Assembly (NCBI GenBank): GCA_963823665.1
Contig: CAWGMQ010000004.1
Location: 1,472,001-1,536,000 of the forward strand
Length of the DNA: 64,000 nucleotides
Reading direction: 5' to 3'
Source: an uncultured Planctomycetota bacterium
GTDB lineage: Bacteria > Planctomycetota > Planctomycetia > Isosphaerales > Isosphaeraceae
The notes under the pieces are model-generated. The model was not told the DNA's origin. It saw only the letters and a program-made list of their open reading frames with translations, and did not search any database. This document shows positions 39,801-51,065 of this stretch, piece by piece. Both the position numbers and the translations under genes were made by a program. The stretch's first letter is position 1; the number at the start of each line of letters is the position of its first letter.

Positions 39801-42800
39801 GGTCGTCGTCACGACAAGGTCGTTTATTGTGACCACAACAGCCGACAGCGGCCCCGGATCGCTGCGGCAAGCGATCCTCGATTCCAACATCGCAACCGGG
39901 GGAAGCAACACGATTGACTTTGCCATCCCGGGCACGGGCGTCCAAACGATCGCGGTCAACTCGCCTCTGCCCTCGAACACGACGCCGGTGCTCATTGACG
40001 GGACGACTCAGCCGGGTTTTGTCGGCACGCCGCTTATCGAACTGAGCGGCGGGCCGGCCGGCGGGCCGGCGGAACTGACCATCGCGGGTTCCGACGCGAT
40101 TTCCATTCGCGGTTTGGTGATCGATCAATTTGCCTTCGACCCGACCGCCGACGAAGTCTTGGTCGCACAGGTCCATCCGCAGGGCATGACGACCGAACTG
40201 TCGCTGCTCGACTCGCAAGGCCAGGTGCTCGTCAACAGCGCTGGCCTGTCGCCGAGCGATCCGGATGACGTAGTCGCTCAGCAGCTCGTGAGTGGGTCGT
40301 ACTTCCTGAAGGTCGAAAGCACCGGCGGCGCGGGCACCTATACGTTGACGACGACGGTGGCGCCGACCACCGCCGCGTTTCAGCCGGCGGCGCCCTTATT
40401 AGTTCAATCGACCGCGATCGTGGCCGGGGACTTCAACGGTGACGGCCACCTGGACCTGGCGGTCACAGATGGGGCTTCGACCAACTTCATGACCGGCGAT
40501 GTCTCGATCTTGATGGGGAATGGCGACGGGACGTTCCAGCCCGAGGTCACGTACGCCGTCGGGGTGAATCCAACCTCCATCGTGGCGGGGGACTTCAACG
40601 GCGATGGCCACCTCGACCTCGCGGTGGCCTACGCGGGCGGTCAATTTTGGTGGGGGAATGTCCCGAGTGGCGTCTCCGTGCTGCTGGGAAACGGCGATGG
40701 CACATTCCAGCCACAGGTGACCTACGCAGTGGGGTCGGATCCAGACTCGATCGTGGCGGGGGACTTTAACGGTGACGGACGGCTTGATCTCGCCGTCGCC
40801 AACGGTGGCTCGAACACCGTGTCGCTGTTGGTGGGCAACGGCGACGGCACGTTCCAGCCTCAGGTCACTTACGCCGTCGGCTCGGATCCAGACGGGCTCG
40901 TGGCCGGGAATTTCAGCGGCGACGGACAGACCGACCTGGCAGTCGCCAACTTCGGCTCCGACGATGTCTCCGTCCTGATGGGCAACGGCAACGGCACGTT
41001 CCAGCCGCCGGTCACCTACGCGGCCGGAGCCGGGCCCGACGGGATCGTGGCGGCGGATTTCACGGGCGACGGACGCCTCGACCTGGCCGTGGCCGACGAG
41101 GGGAATGTGCAAGCGGGAGTGACCGACCCAGGGGGCGTGATTGTGCTGCTCGGCAACGGCAACGGCACGTTCCAGCCCCGGGTCAGCTACGCGGCCGGGA
41201 CAGAACCAGCCGCGATTGTTGCTGGGGATTTCAAGGGCGACGGACGGACCGACCTGGCGGTCGCAAACATTGCCTCCGGCGATGTCTCCGTTCTCCTGGG
41301 CAACGGCGACGGCACGTTTCAGCCCCAGGTCACTTACGCCGCAGGAGATCGCCCGTCCGCCGTCGTTGTGGGGGATTTTAACGGTGACGGCAACCTCGAT
41401 CTGGCAGTCCCCTTGAACTTCGGCATTTCGATCCTTCTGGGCAAGGGCGACGGCTCCTTCCAAACACAGTCCGACACGCAGAACGCGGTCGGGCTGCATG
41501 CGGCCGGCATCACGTCAGGGGACTTCACCGGAGATCACCGCCTGGACCTCGCCGTCGCCGGCGAAAGCTCCAACGACATTTCCATCCTCCTGGGAAATGG
41601 CGACGGCACGTTCCAGCCCGCGGTGCAGTATCCGGTCGGGTCGGATCCAGTGGGCATCGTGGCGGGCGACTTTAATGGGGACGGACGGACTGACCTGGCC
41701 GTCGCCGACCTCGGCTCTAACGAAGTCTCCATCCTCCTGGGCAACGGCGATGGTACCTTCCAGCCTCAGGTTACGTACGCGGTGGGATCGGGTGCGAACT
41801 TCATCGTGGATGGCGACTTCATGGGCAATGGCCGCCTCGACCTGGCTGTCGACAACGAATACGATGACACCGTATCGGTGCTCCTTGGGAACGGTGACGG
41901 AACCTTCCGGTCCCGGATTAGTTATCAGGTGGGATCAGAACCAACAGACCTCGTGGCGGGCGACTTCACAGGCAACGGCCGCACGGATCTGGCCGTGGCG
42001 GGCTACAAGTATAACTACACGACCTCTACCTTTCTTGGCGAGGTTTCGGTGCTCGTGAGCAACGCCGACGGGACCTTCGAGCCCGCGGTTGAGTACCCAG
42101 TGGGAGATTTTCCAGAGTCCATCGTAGCGGGGGACTTCACCAGCAACGGTCGTCTCGACCTATCCGTCAGTGACGAAGATGGCATTCAGATGCTGCTCGG
42201 CAATGGTGACGGCACGTTCCAGCCTGTGAAAACAGTCGCGGGAAATGTTCTTGGGCCGTTGGTGCCGGGCGATTTCAATGACGACGGGCGACTGGATCTG
42301 GCCTACCTCGACACCTACACCGGCGAAATCTTGATGTTTCCTGGTAACGGTGACGGCACGTTCCGACCCGCGGTCCAGTCTGCATTGGAGGCGTCCGTGG
42401 TTGGCCAGGTCGTGGCGGGGGACTTCAACGGCGATGGCAAGCTCGACCTGGCGCAAATTAGCGTCGAAAGCGATAGCGACAACGTCTCCGTCCGTTTGGG
42501 CAACGGCGACGGCACGTTCGTAGACGCCGGCCAGTCCGACACGACCCCGCACGCCACGCCGTTGGTGGCTGACGTCAACGGCGACGGCACTGACGATGTC
42601 CTGGTTGTCGATGGGTCCGGCGATATCCTTTACCGCCAGGGCATTCCCGGTCAGCCCGGGACGTTCGAGCCCCCCGTCACGGTCAATCCGGGTAACCCCT
42701 CGCGCGACATCGCGTGGCTGCCGGACACCGATCAAGGGCCGATGCTCGCCAGCGTCGACGCCCATGACGCTAACGTATCGCTCTACGCCTATCGCGTTGG

Positions 42801-45596
42801 GACCTTCGTCTGGGCCGGCTCGCTGGCGACCGGACAACTTCCGGCTCAGGTGATCGCGGCCGACCTCGGCGGCACAGGCTGGGACGACTTGGTGGTGCGC
42901 AATGCCGGCGACGGCACGCTTTCGATCTACTTCAATGTCGCGCGATAAGACCGGTTCTGGTCCCACGTCCATCGGACCAAGAGCGACCGGAAACCAACTC
43001 TTTGGCTTTCCGATCACGCTTTCCGCGGGCATCGGCGTTTCCGATGTGCAAGCCGTCGATACGACTGGAGATGGCCGGCTGGATCTGGTGGTCACGAACG
43101 AGCTGACAGGCCAGGTGAGCGTCTTGCTCAATCTGGGCGGCGGCAAATTCGCGGCCCCCGTTCCCTATCGCGCCGGGACCGGCTTGTCCGCCGTCGATCC
43201 CGGCAGCACGCCCGAGATCACCAGCCTGGATGCGACGGCGGGCGCGGCCGCGGGATCGTTCACGACCGGCGGCCCGACCGACCTCGTCACGATCAATCCC
43301 GGCTGGGATTCGCTCGATGTCCTCGCCGGGCTCGGCGACGGCCGCTTCGCCAATCCCACCGCAATCAAGACCCAAGGTCCAGCCCAAGTCGTCCGCGTGG
43401 CCGACTTCAATCACGACGGCATTCCAGACCTGGCCGTTCTCACCGCCGATGGTTTGAGCATCTATCTCGGCAACGGGAAAGGCGGCTTCTCTTCGCCAGT
43501 GACCTATCCCGTGCCCGACGGGTCCTCGGGCTTGACTGTCGCTGACGTCAATCACACCGGCAATCTCGACCTGCTCGTTGGCGATGCGTTCGGCGACGTG
43601 CTGGTGCTGCTGGGCAACGGCTACGGCACGTTTCAGCCTTACCACGAGGCCGACCAGTCCATCGAGCTGGCAGTGGCTGACCTCAGCGGCAATGGCTCGA
43701 AGGATATTATCTATGCCGACCAAAGTCTTGACCGCGTCGTCGTCGACTACGGCGCCGGCAATTCGACCGTACTGGCCAATCTGTCCACCGGCTTGTTGAA
43801 TCCCGGCGCCGTGGCGCTGGCCGACCTGAACGGCGACGGCATCCCGGACCTGATCGTCGCCAACAGCGGCAGCAATAACGTGCTGATTTACCAAGGGCTG
43901 GGCAACGGCCAGTTCGGGCCGGCGGTCAACGGCGGGAGTGGCTACTTTGTGGGCACCAATCCCGTGGGGATCACCGTGGCCAACCTCACGGGCGCCTTGC
44001 CCGACCTCGTTGTGGCGGATAAGGGCTCGAACGACGTTGCAATCCTTCTCAACCAGGGGAACTTCAGCTTCACGCACGGGCCACGAGTCGATTCCGGCGG
44101 CGTCGGCCCGGTCTCGACGATCGTCGGCGAGTTCACGGCCGGCAGTACCATCCCGGACATCCTGGTCACCAACAGCGGTTCCGACAATGTCACGCTGCTG
44201 AAGGGTGTCGGCGGCGGGTTTTTCAAACCCGCGATCACCTCTCCATTCTCCGTTGGAGTTGACCCGGGGCAAAGCTTCGTCGGAAACTTCGACGGCACGG
44301 CCGGCCTGTTGACGGTGAATGCTGGGTCGAACGACCTGACGCTCATCTCTGGCTTCAACGGTCCGGATCCGGTGACCACGACCATTTCTTCCGGTGGCCT
44401 GGACCCAGCGACGGCCTTTGCATTTGAATCGACCAGCGGCTTCGAGGACCTGGTCGTGGGCAACACCGGCGATGGCGTGCTGGCCCTCTTCGAAGGAGGC
44501 CAGGACGGGTTGAGTCTCATGTCGGCGCAGGTTGAGCCCGACCTTCCAAGCCCGACCGCGCTCGCTTTCTCGGCCCTCACCGGCGGAGAGATCCAGTTCT
44601 ACGCTGCCACGGCCGGCCGCGAGGCGGCGGATCTGGTGTCGCTCAATCTCGCGGCCGACACCTCATTTCAGGTCGCGTTGCCGGGCCCGTCGGACACCTT
44701 TGCGCAGCTCGTGTCGTTCGAGGGATCATCCGTCCCACTGGTGGCAACCGTGCTGACGCTGACGATCGAGGTCTCGGCTAACGAGCTGAATTCTCAACTC
44801 GAAGGCGTCGAGAACGGTGGAACCGGCGCGTTCCTGGCCGGTAGTGGGATCACGGTCGGCCAGGGCCTTTCATCCGCGGGGCGGGGGGAAGCCTCGGGCG
44901 CCGGTGGTTGCTGAGGAACTAACGCCCGGCGGTGCGGGCGCGGGTGTCGGTCAGGCGCCGGCGTTGCCGTGGGAGCGGTTCGTGTTGGGATTGGACCAGG
45001 TGCTCGAGCGGTTCTTGCGTGAAAATCCGAACGGACTCTCGGGCGCTCTCGATCGGTCGGATCGTCCGGATACCTCGGCGACGCCGAAGTCCCCTGGATC
45101 GGGCAACCCAATGGGATCGCCATCAGCCCCGGCTCCGCCTGCGCAAAGCGGCGGCCACGACGGGGATCAAGGCTCGAGCGCAGACGAAACGTCGAAAGCC
45201 GTCGACTGCGTCATTGAGTCGCTCTGGGGGGAAGACAGTTCGAGTGGCGTCAGCGGGCAATCCACCTCCGGATGGGGACTCGCTCGCGAGGCGACCTATG
45301 GCGCCGTCGCGGAGTTTCGGGTGGTTCCTTCCCTGGAGAGGGCGTCGCCGCCGTGCGACTCGACCTGGGAAACCGGCGGCTTCGGCGATCGGCGTCGTGC
45401 GATCAGGCTGCCTCTGCACGGGCCAGGGAAGGACGAACCGAGCCTGGCCGCGCCGGTGGCTTTCGTCGTGCTCGCGCACGCATGGGCACAGTCGCGGGTT
45501 GTGAGTCGGGTGAGTGGGGCTCGGATTCCGTTAGTGCTGATCGAGACGGGAGAGCGGGTGAATCTGCAAAACGAAACCGTGGAAGGCGAGCGGTAG
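36877..45596 (+). CDS. Giant (~2900 aa) secreted protein: beta-helix-like repeats, PPC-like domain, many FG-GAP/VCBS repeats; frameshifts at ~42940 and ~44880
   Basis: Planctomycete export motif RPRVEVVEDRTLLS. NVISGN/GN.IGTD.TG repeats. More than 15 GDFNGDG.LDLAV...LGNGDGTFQ units continuing across ORFs 36877-42948 and 42902-44914; 44817-45596 is the inferred C-terminal continuation. Start uncertain. Confidence 0.82.
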
Positions 45597-45670
45597 CCCG
45601 AGGCGGCAGTTTTGATTTTGCGGGGCATCGCGCGGCGAGTTCCAAACACTTGACCACCCAAATGTGAGTG

Positions 45671-45798
45671 CGTGGTTCGGACGGGGTGCAGGTCCTCCTC
45701 GCTCGTGCGTAAGCTCCATCCTCCAAGGCGGTCGCACTCACGTGCGAGGTTGGAGGTTCCCCGTCCGAACCACGGTCTCACGACCGTGGTCACGCGCT
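45671..45798. repeat. REP-like element copy 2 (45732-45798) with a degenerate inverted partner (45671-~45708)
   Basis: CGTGGTTCGGACGGGG (45671-45686) is the exact reverse complement of 45759-45774. Confidence 0.88.
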
Positions 45799-45975
45799 GG
45801 TGATTCGCCATGATGCCAGAGGGTCGACTCTTTGCCGACCGCGGTTGGACGTGATAAGTTGGATGATCGGCGGCGCGGTCGCATTTCTTTTCTTCGCGGT
45901 TTCGACCGATTGTCGATTACCAGGTCCATGAATTCCGGACCATGATTTTCCTCGCGCCGCCGGTTGAGCGGGGGT

Positions 45976-46578
45976 ATGCCGATGCCGGAGGGCCGCGAGA
46001 CTGACACGTCGCTCACCGTGCTCGAGCGGCTGCGGCGCGATCCTGATGACCCGGAGGCGTGGCGGCTCTTTCTTGAGAAGTATCAGCCGCGGATTCGGCG
46101 CTGGTGCGTTACCTGGGGCTTGCAGGATTCGGACGCGGATGACGTCACCCAGGAGGTGCTGGTCAAGCTCTTTGCTGCCCTCCGCAAATTTCAGTATGAC
46201 CCGAGCCGCAGCTTTCGGGCTTGGCTGAAGACCGTCGCCCAGCATGCCTGGAGCGACTTCGTCTCGGCCCGGCGCAGGCATCCGGGCCAGCCTCTTTCCG
46301 GCGCCGACACGCTGGCCGATTCAGCCGAGGCGCACTCGGATCTGGAAAAACAGCTCGAGGAAGGGATCAATCACGAGCTGTTCGAGATGGCCATGAACTG
46401 CGTCAAGCATCGGGTGCAGCCGGCGACCTGGCAGGCGTTTCACCTGACCGCGATCGAGGGACTTTCTGGGGTCGCCGCCGCGGCCAAGCTCCAGATTCCT
46501 GTGGGAAATGTCTTTGTCGCCAAGCACCGGGTCCAGAAGATGCTTCAGGAGGAAGTGCTTTTGCTGAAGAAAGAGTGA
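45976..46578 (+). CDS. ECF sigma-70 factor (planctomycete kinase-associated type)
   Basis: TDTSLTVLERLR, EAWRLFLEKY, DADDVTQEV, SFRAWLKTVA, and region 4 (WQAFHLTAIEGLSG...VFVAKHRVQKML). Confidence 0.92.
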   Translation: MPMPEGRETDTSLTVLERLRRDPDDPEAWRLFLEKYQPRIRRWCVTWGLQDSDADDVTQEVLVKLFAALRKFQYDPSRSFRAWLKTVAQHAWSDFVSARRRHPGQPLSGADTLADSAEAHSDLEKQLEEGINHELFEMAMNCVKHRVQPATWQAFHLTAIEGLSGVAAAAKLQIPVGNVFVAKHRVQKMLQEEVLLLKKE

Positions 46579-46580
46579 AT

Positions 46581-46604
46581 TTGTCAGTTGTCAGTTGTCA
46601 GTTG
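46581..46604 (+). repeat. Heptamer tandem repeat (TTGTCAG)x3.4
   Basis: TTGTCAGTTGTCAGTTGTCAGTTG directly after the sigma stop codon. Confidence 0.8.
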
Positions 46605-46677
46605 ATGAAAGGCAGGGCGAACACCGACGATCGGTCGTATCCTGACTCGAAACACGGTAACGACGGGCTCGACGAAT

Positions 46678-46700
46678 CGGTATGATAAATCGTCATACCG
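46678..46700. promoter_or_regulatory. Palindromic operator for the RHH antitoxin, overlapping a TATGAT -10 box
   Basis: CGGTATGA-N7-TCATACCG perfect 8-bp inverted repeat abutting RBS GGAGGT. Confidence 0.7.
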
Positions 46701-46710
46701 GAGGTACGTC

Positions 46711-46953
46711 ATGGCAACGACAAAAGTCGCGATCTCGCTGGATACGGAATTGCTGCATCAACTTGACCGACTGGTGGCTGAGCGGGTGTTTCCCAATCGG
46801 AGTCAGGCCGTGCAAGACGCGATACGCGACAAGCTCGACCGACTGGTGCGCACCCGATTGGCTCGTGAATGCGCGAAGCTCGACGTACATTCCGAGCGCG
46901 AGCTGGCCGACGAGAACCTCGCGAAGGATGCAGATGAATGGCCGGAATACTGA
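46711..46953 (+). CDS. Ribbon-helix-helix (CopG/MazE-like) antitoxin
   Basis: KVAISLDTELLHQLDRLV...NRSQAVQDAI, with acidic tail ending EWPEY. Confidence 0.85.
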   Translation: MATTKVAISLDTELLHQLDRLVAERVFPNRSQAVQDAIRDKLDRLVRTRLARECAKLDVHSERELADENLAKDADEWPEY

Positions 46954-46967
46954 GGGGTGAAAATCGC
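46938..46967 (+). pseudogene. Stub of a PemK/MazF toxin gene (MAGILRGE...)
   Basis: ATG overlaps the antitoxin 3' end. The RGE start is typical of MazF, but similarity ends there, at the convergent MMPL stop. Confidence 0.45.
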
Positions 46968-46972
46968 ACAAT

Positions 46973-49369
46973 TCACCCGCGCGCTGGGACCGGCAGCCTT
47001 CGGCGCTTTTGGTTTTCGAGCCAGCGATTGCCGAGGGTGAGGCACGCCGGGAGCAGGATCAGATTGCCGAGGGTGCTGCCGGCGGTGGCGATGCCGACCA
47101 TGGTTCCGAAATTCACGAAGGGCTCGAATTCGCTGGCCCGGAGCGCGGCGAATCCGACGGCCACGGCGATGCTCGAGAGCAACACGCCGGCACCGCTCAC
47201 GCGGTAGCTGTCGAACAAACGCCGGCGAAACCGCATTGTCTTGGCATCGCGGTGGAACTGGAGCAGGCAGTGGAATGTGTCGTCCACCGAGAGCCCGAGT
47301 GCCACGCTGGCGACCAGGGCCGTCGTCATGTCGAGCTTGATCCGCAGCCAGCCCATCAGGCCCAGCACGAGCACCACCGAGAGCAGTGTCGGCACGATCG
47401 CCAGCACGGCGAGTGAAACGCTGCGGAACGCGAGCGTCAGCATGATCAGAATGCCCACCGCCGAAAAGAAGAATGTGCCCCACTGAGTGGCGATGATGGC
47501 CTGCGTGGTCCGGGTCATCAAGACCGAGAGACCGGTCAAGTAGGTGGAGGGGCCGAAATGCTCGGCGCCGATCTCGGTGGCGAGGCGGAAGATCTTGTCC
47601 TTGTCGGGAGCCGACTGCTGTTCCTTCAGGCGAACCATCAGTCTGGATTCGCCGGTTTGTTCGTTCCAGAAGCTGCGGATCAAATCGCCCTGGGGCGACG
47701 CGGCGATCAAGTCGAGCTTGTCGGCAATGAGCTGGTCTGCACGGTCGGCGGGCAATGCACTCAGCCGGCCGTCGGGGTCGAGCACGGTCGCGAGCGAGAG
47801 TGCCTGGGCGACGCCTTCGTGGTCGGCAACCTGGATTTGCTTGATTCGATCTTCGACGGCTTTGAGCTCGGCCAGCGTGCGAGCCTTGATCGACTTGCCG
47901 ATCGGAACGACGAGCTCGACGACGCCGATGCCTCCGAGCCTCGATTCGACCGTGTGGTAATCGCGCACGACACGGGTCTCGGGCCGGAACAGATTGATGT
48001 AGTTGGTCTCGTAGGTCAGCCGAACCAGCCCGCACGCGAGCGGGACCACAACGGCGAGCACCGTGACGACGATCATTCGCGGGCGTTGATAGACCCAGAG
48101 GACGAGCCGGTTCATGAATGCGGCCACGCGCGACTGCGAGCCGTAACGCACGGCGATCTCCATGCGGAATGGCGGCAACATGGCGATCGGTGAGATGACC
48201 ATGACCAGGAGCGCGGCGGCAAATGTGCAGGTTCCCAGGATCGCGCCGAACTGGCGGATCGGCATCACCTTGCTGGTGACGAGCGCGCCATATCCGATCG
48301 CGCCGGTCAATGCCGTCCAGAAGATCGGGGCGGCGACGGAGCCGAGCGTGGCCAAGGCGGCGCGGTGGGGATCAGCCTCGCGGCGGCGGTCGTCGCGGAA
48401 GTGGACGGCAAGATGGCTGGCCGCGGGCATTGTGAGGACGATGATCTGGGCGACCAGCGGACCGCCCGAAAGCGAGAGCTTGATGTTGAAGGTCGCGAGG
48501 ACCGCCTCGGTGGCGAGCCAGATGGCCCAGCCCGCGAGCATGGGGACGATTGCCCACCAGAGACTGTGCACGGCCGAGAGGGTGACAACGCCGATCAAGA
48601 TCATGCCCACGACCGCCAGGCGGCGGCCGTCGACCTCGATTGCGGAAAACCCGTCGGCCAGGAGCACCGGCGGGCCGACGACCGCAGGCTGGGGGAGGCC
48701 GTGCCGGGCGGCGAATTCGCCCGAGATCCGGCGCAGATCAGTGGTTGTGCCAATGACGTTGTGCTGGGCTGTCTTCTTCAAGCGGACGACCACGGCTGTG
48801 GCGGCGCCGGCCTTATCAATCAAGGTTCCCAGAATGAGCGGATGACGAGTGAGGCGATCCTTGATCGCAGCGAGCTGGCCCGGCGTTCTGGCGGCGCGCA
48901 CCGCACCCCCGACCGTCATCGAGCCCGATTTCAGGTCGATATTCTTGACCGTGCGCTTCGCGGCATTCTTGGCGAGGTTGCGGGCAAACGCCGGGAGCCG
49001 ATCGAGCGCGAGCATGGCGTCGTCGATCGCCCAGAGGAGCGGCATGGCATCGATCGATTCGACTCGCTGCACGCCATTCATGTGGTCGGGCCCGAGGGCC
49101 GCAGCCAGCTCGCTCACCCGGTCCATGCCCTCGGGTGAGAGCAAGGCTGGGTCGTCGTAGACCACGAACGCGAAGTTGTCGTCGCCGAACGTGGCGGCCG
49201 CTTTTTGATACACGGCCATGTCCGGATCGTCATCGGCGAAGAAGGAGGCGATCGACTGGTCGTAAGTGACGCGCTTTCCCGTCCACGCGAGAAACACGAG
49301 CAGGACGACGACCGTCGAAAACGTGACGTATCGCGCCTGGAACAGCAATCGCATGAGAGAGTGAGCCAT
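46973..49369 (-). CDS. MMPL/RND-superfamily transporter
   Basis: Two repeats of TM + periplasmic loop + 5 TM. VVGPPV, YLTG, VALGLSVDDTFH, LILLPA. Confidence 0.88.
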   Translation of the reverse strand: MAHSLMRLLFQARYVTFSTVVVLLVFLAWTGKRVTYDQSIASFFADDDPDMAVYQKAAATFGDDNFAFVVYDDPALLSPEGMDRVSELAAALGPDHMNGVQRVESIDAMPLLWAIDDAMLALDRLPAFARNLAKNAAKRTVKNIDLKSGSMTVGGAVRAARTPGQLAAIKDRLTRHPLILGTLIDKAGAATAVVVRLKKTAQHNVIGTTTDLRRISGEFAARHGLPQPAVVGPPVLLADGFSAIEVDGRRLAVVGMILIGVVTLSAVHSLWWAIVPMLAGWAIWLATEAVLATFNIKLSLSGGPLVAQIIVLTMPAASHLAVHFRDDRRREADPHRAALATLGSVAAPIFWTALTGAIGYGALVTSKVMPIRQFGAILGTCTFAAALLVMVISPIAMLPPFRMEIAVRYGSQSRVAAFMNRLVLWVYQRPRMIVVTVLAVVVPLACGLVRLTYETNYINLFRPETRVVRDYHTVESRLGGIGVVELVVPIGKSIKARTLAELKAVEDRIKQIQVADHEGVAQALSLATVLDPDGRLSALPADRADQLIADKLDLIAASPQGDLIRSFWNEQTGESRLMVRLKEQQSAPDKDKIFRLATEIGAEHFGPSTYLTGLSVLMTRTTQAIIATQWGTFFFSAVGILIMLTLAFRSVSLAVLAIVPTLLSVVLVLGLMGWLRIKLDMTTALVASVALGLSVDDTFHCLLQFHRDAKTMRFRRRLFDSYRVSGAGVLLSSIAVAVGFAALRASEFEPFVNFGTMVGIATAGSTLGNLILLPACLTLGNRWLENQKRRRLPVPARG

Positions 49370-50860
49370 TATTTGAAACCAGGCAGAAACGTCTTGAGAC
49401 TCTCGAGCAAACCGGGAAGTTGGCCGTAGGTGCTGTAGATGGCGACAGCCGAGATCGAGAAAAAGGCGATCCAGGTCAAGATATCGGAGAGGAAGGATGG
49501 GCCGACCCGGCGGTCGGTGTCACGCTGGCGCAGGTAGAGCGTCGCACCGGCAATGAAGGGGAGCAAGAGTGCCTGAGCGGTTCCACCGGCCATGATCAAG
49601 CCTTTCGGCTCGCGGAAGGCGTAGTAAATGCCCAAGGAAAGCGTGGGATAGAGTACGCAGAAGAACTTGACCAGGCGGTCGCGCACGACCGGCCCCGCCG
49701 ATTTCCAGAAACCGATCTGGTGGAGAAAGTCGGCCGTGAGCCGGCTGTTGGCCGCCGTGGCGACGTAGAGCGTCTTGAAGAGCACTGCCCAGGCTCCCAG
49801 CAAGAAAGCCCACGCGAGAGAACGGTGCGAGCCACGATAGGGGCGTACCCGTGAGCGGATCCAGATAGAGCAGCGACAAGGTCTTCAGCATCTCGGGGCC
49901 CTTGGGATCGAGGCGCTGCGGATGCAGCACTGCGGCGCCCAGGAAGTAGAAGGCAACCGTCGCCACGGTGAAGACGATCATGCTGAACCAGGCGTCGAGC
50001 TGCATGACGCGCGTCCACCCTCGAGCGCGACGGGCCCAGGCTTCGTCTTCGCTCCTGACGCCGGTGAAGCGTGCGTAACCCTTCTCGATGCACCAGTACG
50101 GGTAGGCGAAGAGCTCGGACGCGCCGACGCCCGTGATCCCGAATGCCGAGAAAGCCAGGATGACCGCCGCCGCGGGAAGCTCGAGCTTGAACCCCTGGGC
50201 GAGATCGGACGTGGTGATTCGAAAGCGGGTCCACTGGAGGATGAGAACGCTTGCGACGGTGAAGAGCGTGACAGCGGCGACCAAGACGGTGGTGATCTTC
50301 TCGAGGCGACGATAGCCTCCGGAGAGAAGCAGCAGAATCGCCGCCAGGGTCGTGATAGCGGCCCAAAAGTGCTCCTGGTGCGACAGCAGATAAGGCTTCC
50401 ATGATTCACCCAGGAAACTGGATGCAGCGGCGATCGGCCCGGCCGCGCCCGGGAAAGCCATGTGAGCTGCCTGGCCGACCGCGCCTTCCATCGCGGCGAT
50501 CTGGGCCTGCGTTGTGAGCATCATGATGAGCCACAGCCAGCAGAGCCAGGAGACACCGGCGCGGGGGCCGGGCAGCGAGTCAAAGGCGGCCAGGGTCGTT
50601 TTGCCGTGGGTGATCGCGTAGCGGCCGAGCTCGACCTGAACAAAGACCTTGATCACACAGGAGAAGACGATCAACCAGAGCAGGCTGAAGCCTGCCTGAG
50701 CACCCAGGCTGGTGGTGTTGATCAACTCACCGGTGCCGACGATCGAGGCGGCCAGGATTAATCCGGGCCCGATCTGCCGGATCGCCTTGGAGAACGAATG
50801 AGGCGGCTCCTTGACGGCGTCGGGGGCAAGTGCATACAGGTCGCGCGTCTCGTCGTTCAT
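49369..50860 (-). CDS. Nramp-like (APC-fold) transporter; frameshift at ~49805
   Basis: IGPGLILAASIVGTGELI, QVELGRY, FGITGVGASEL..YPYWC.EKGY. The C-terminal TMs continue in frame 49369-49803. Confidence 0.82.
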
Positions 50861-51065
50861 TTCGCCCCGGCAAGCGAAACCATGCGGTTTTCAAATCCGG
50901 CCACACGCAGAGCACGATCATCATGGACGCACCTGAAGGCGAGTGTCAAGCATCGCTTTGGGCGGTGCTCGTGCGGGGTGTCGCGGTGCGGCAGAGCGAA
51001 CTGTCCGGCAAAGTGTTAGACTCCTCATTCAGGCACTCGTGTGACATCAATTCAGGGGAGAGGTC

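Noticed and set aside
40400..44300. Periodic DNA repeats suggesting an array or DGR template
   Set aside because: They are coding FG-GAP repeats with synonymous divergence. No reverse transcriptase is present.
29903..45798. 16-kb composite transposon or island bounded by direct repeats
   Set aside because: It contains core glyA and no integrase or transposase. The repeats look like dispersed REP copies.
46938..47207. 89-aa ORF as an intact toxin
   Set aside because: After about 10 codons it is the antisense of the MMPL gene and lacks the MazF G.EQ...RP motif.
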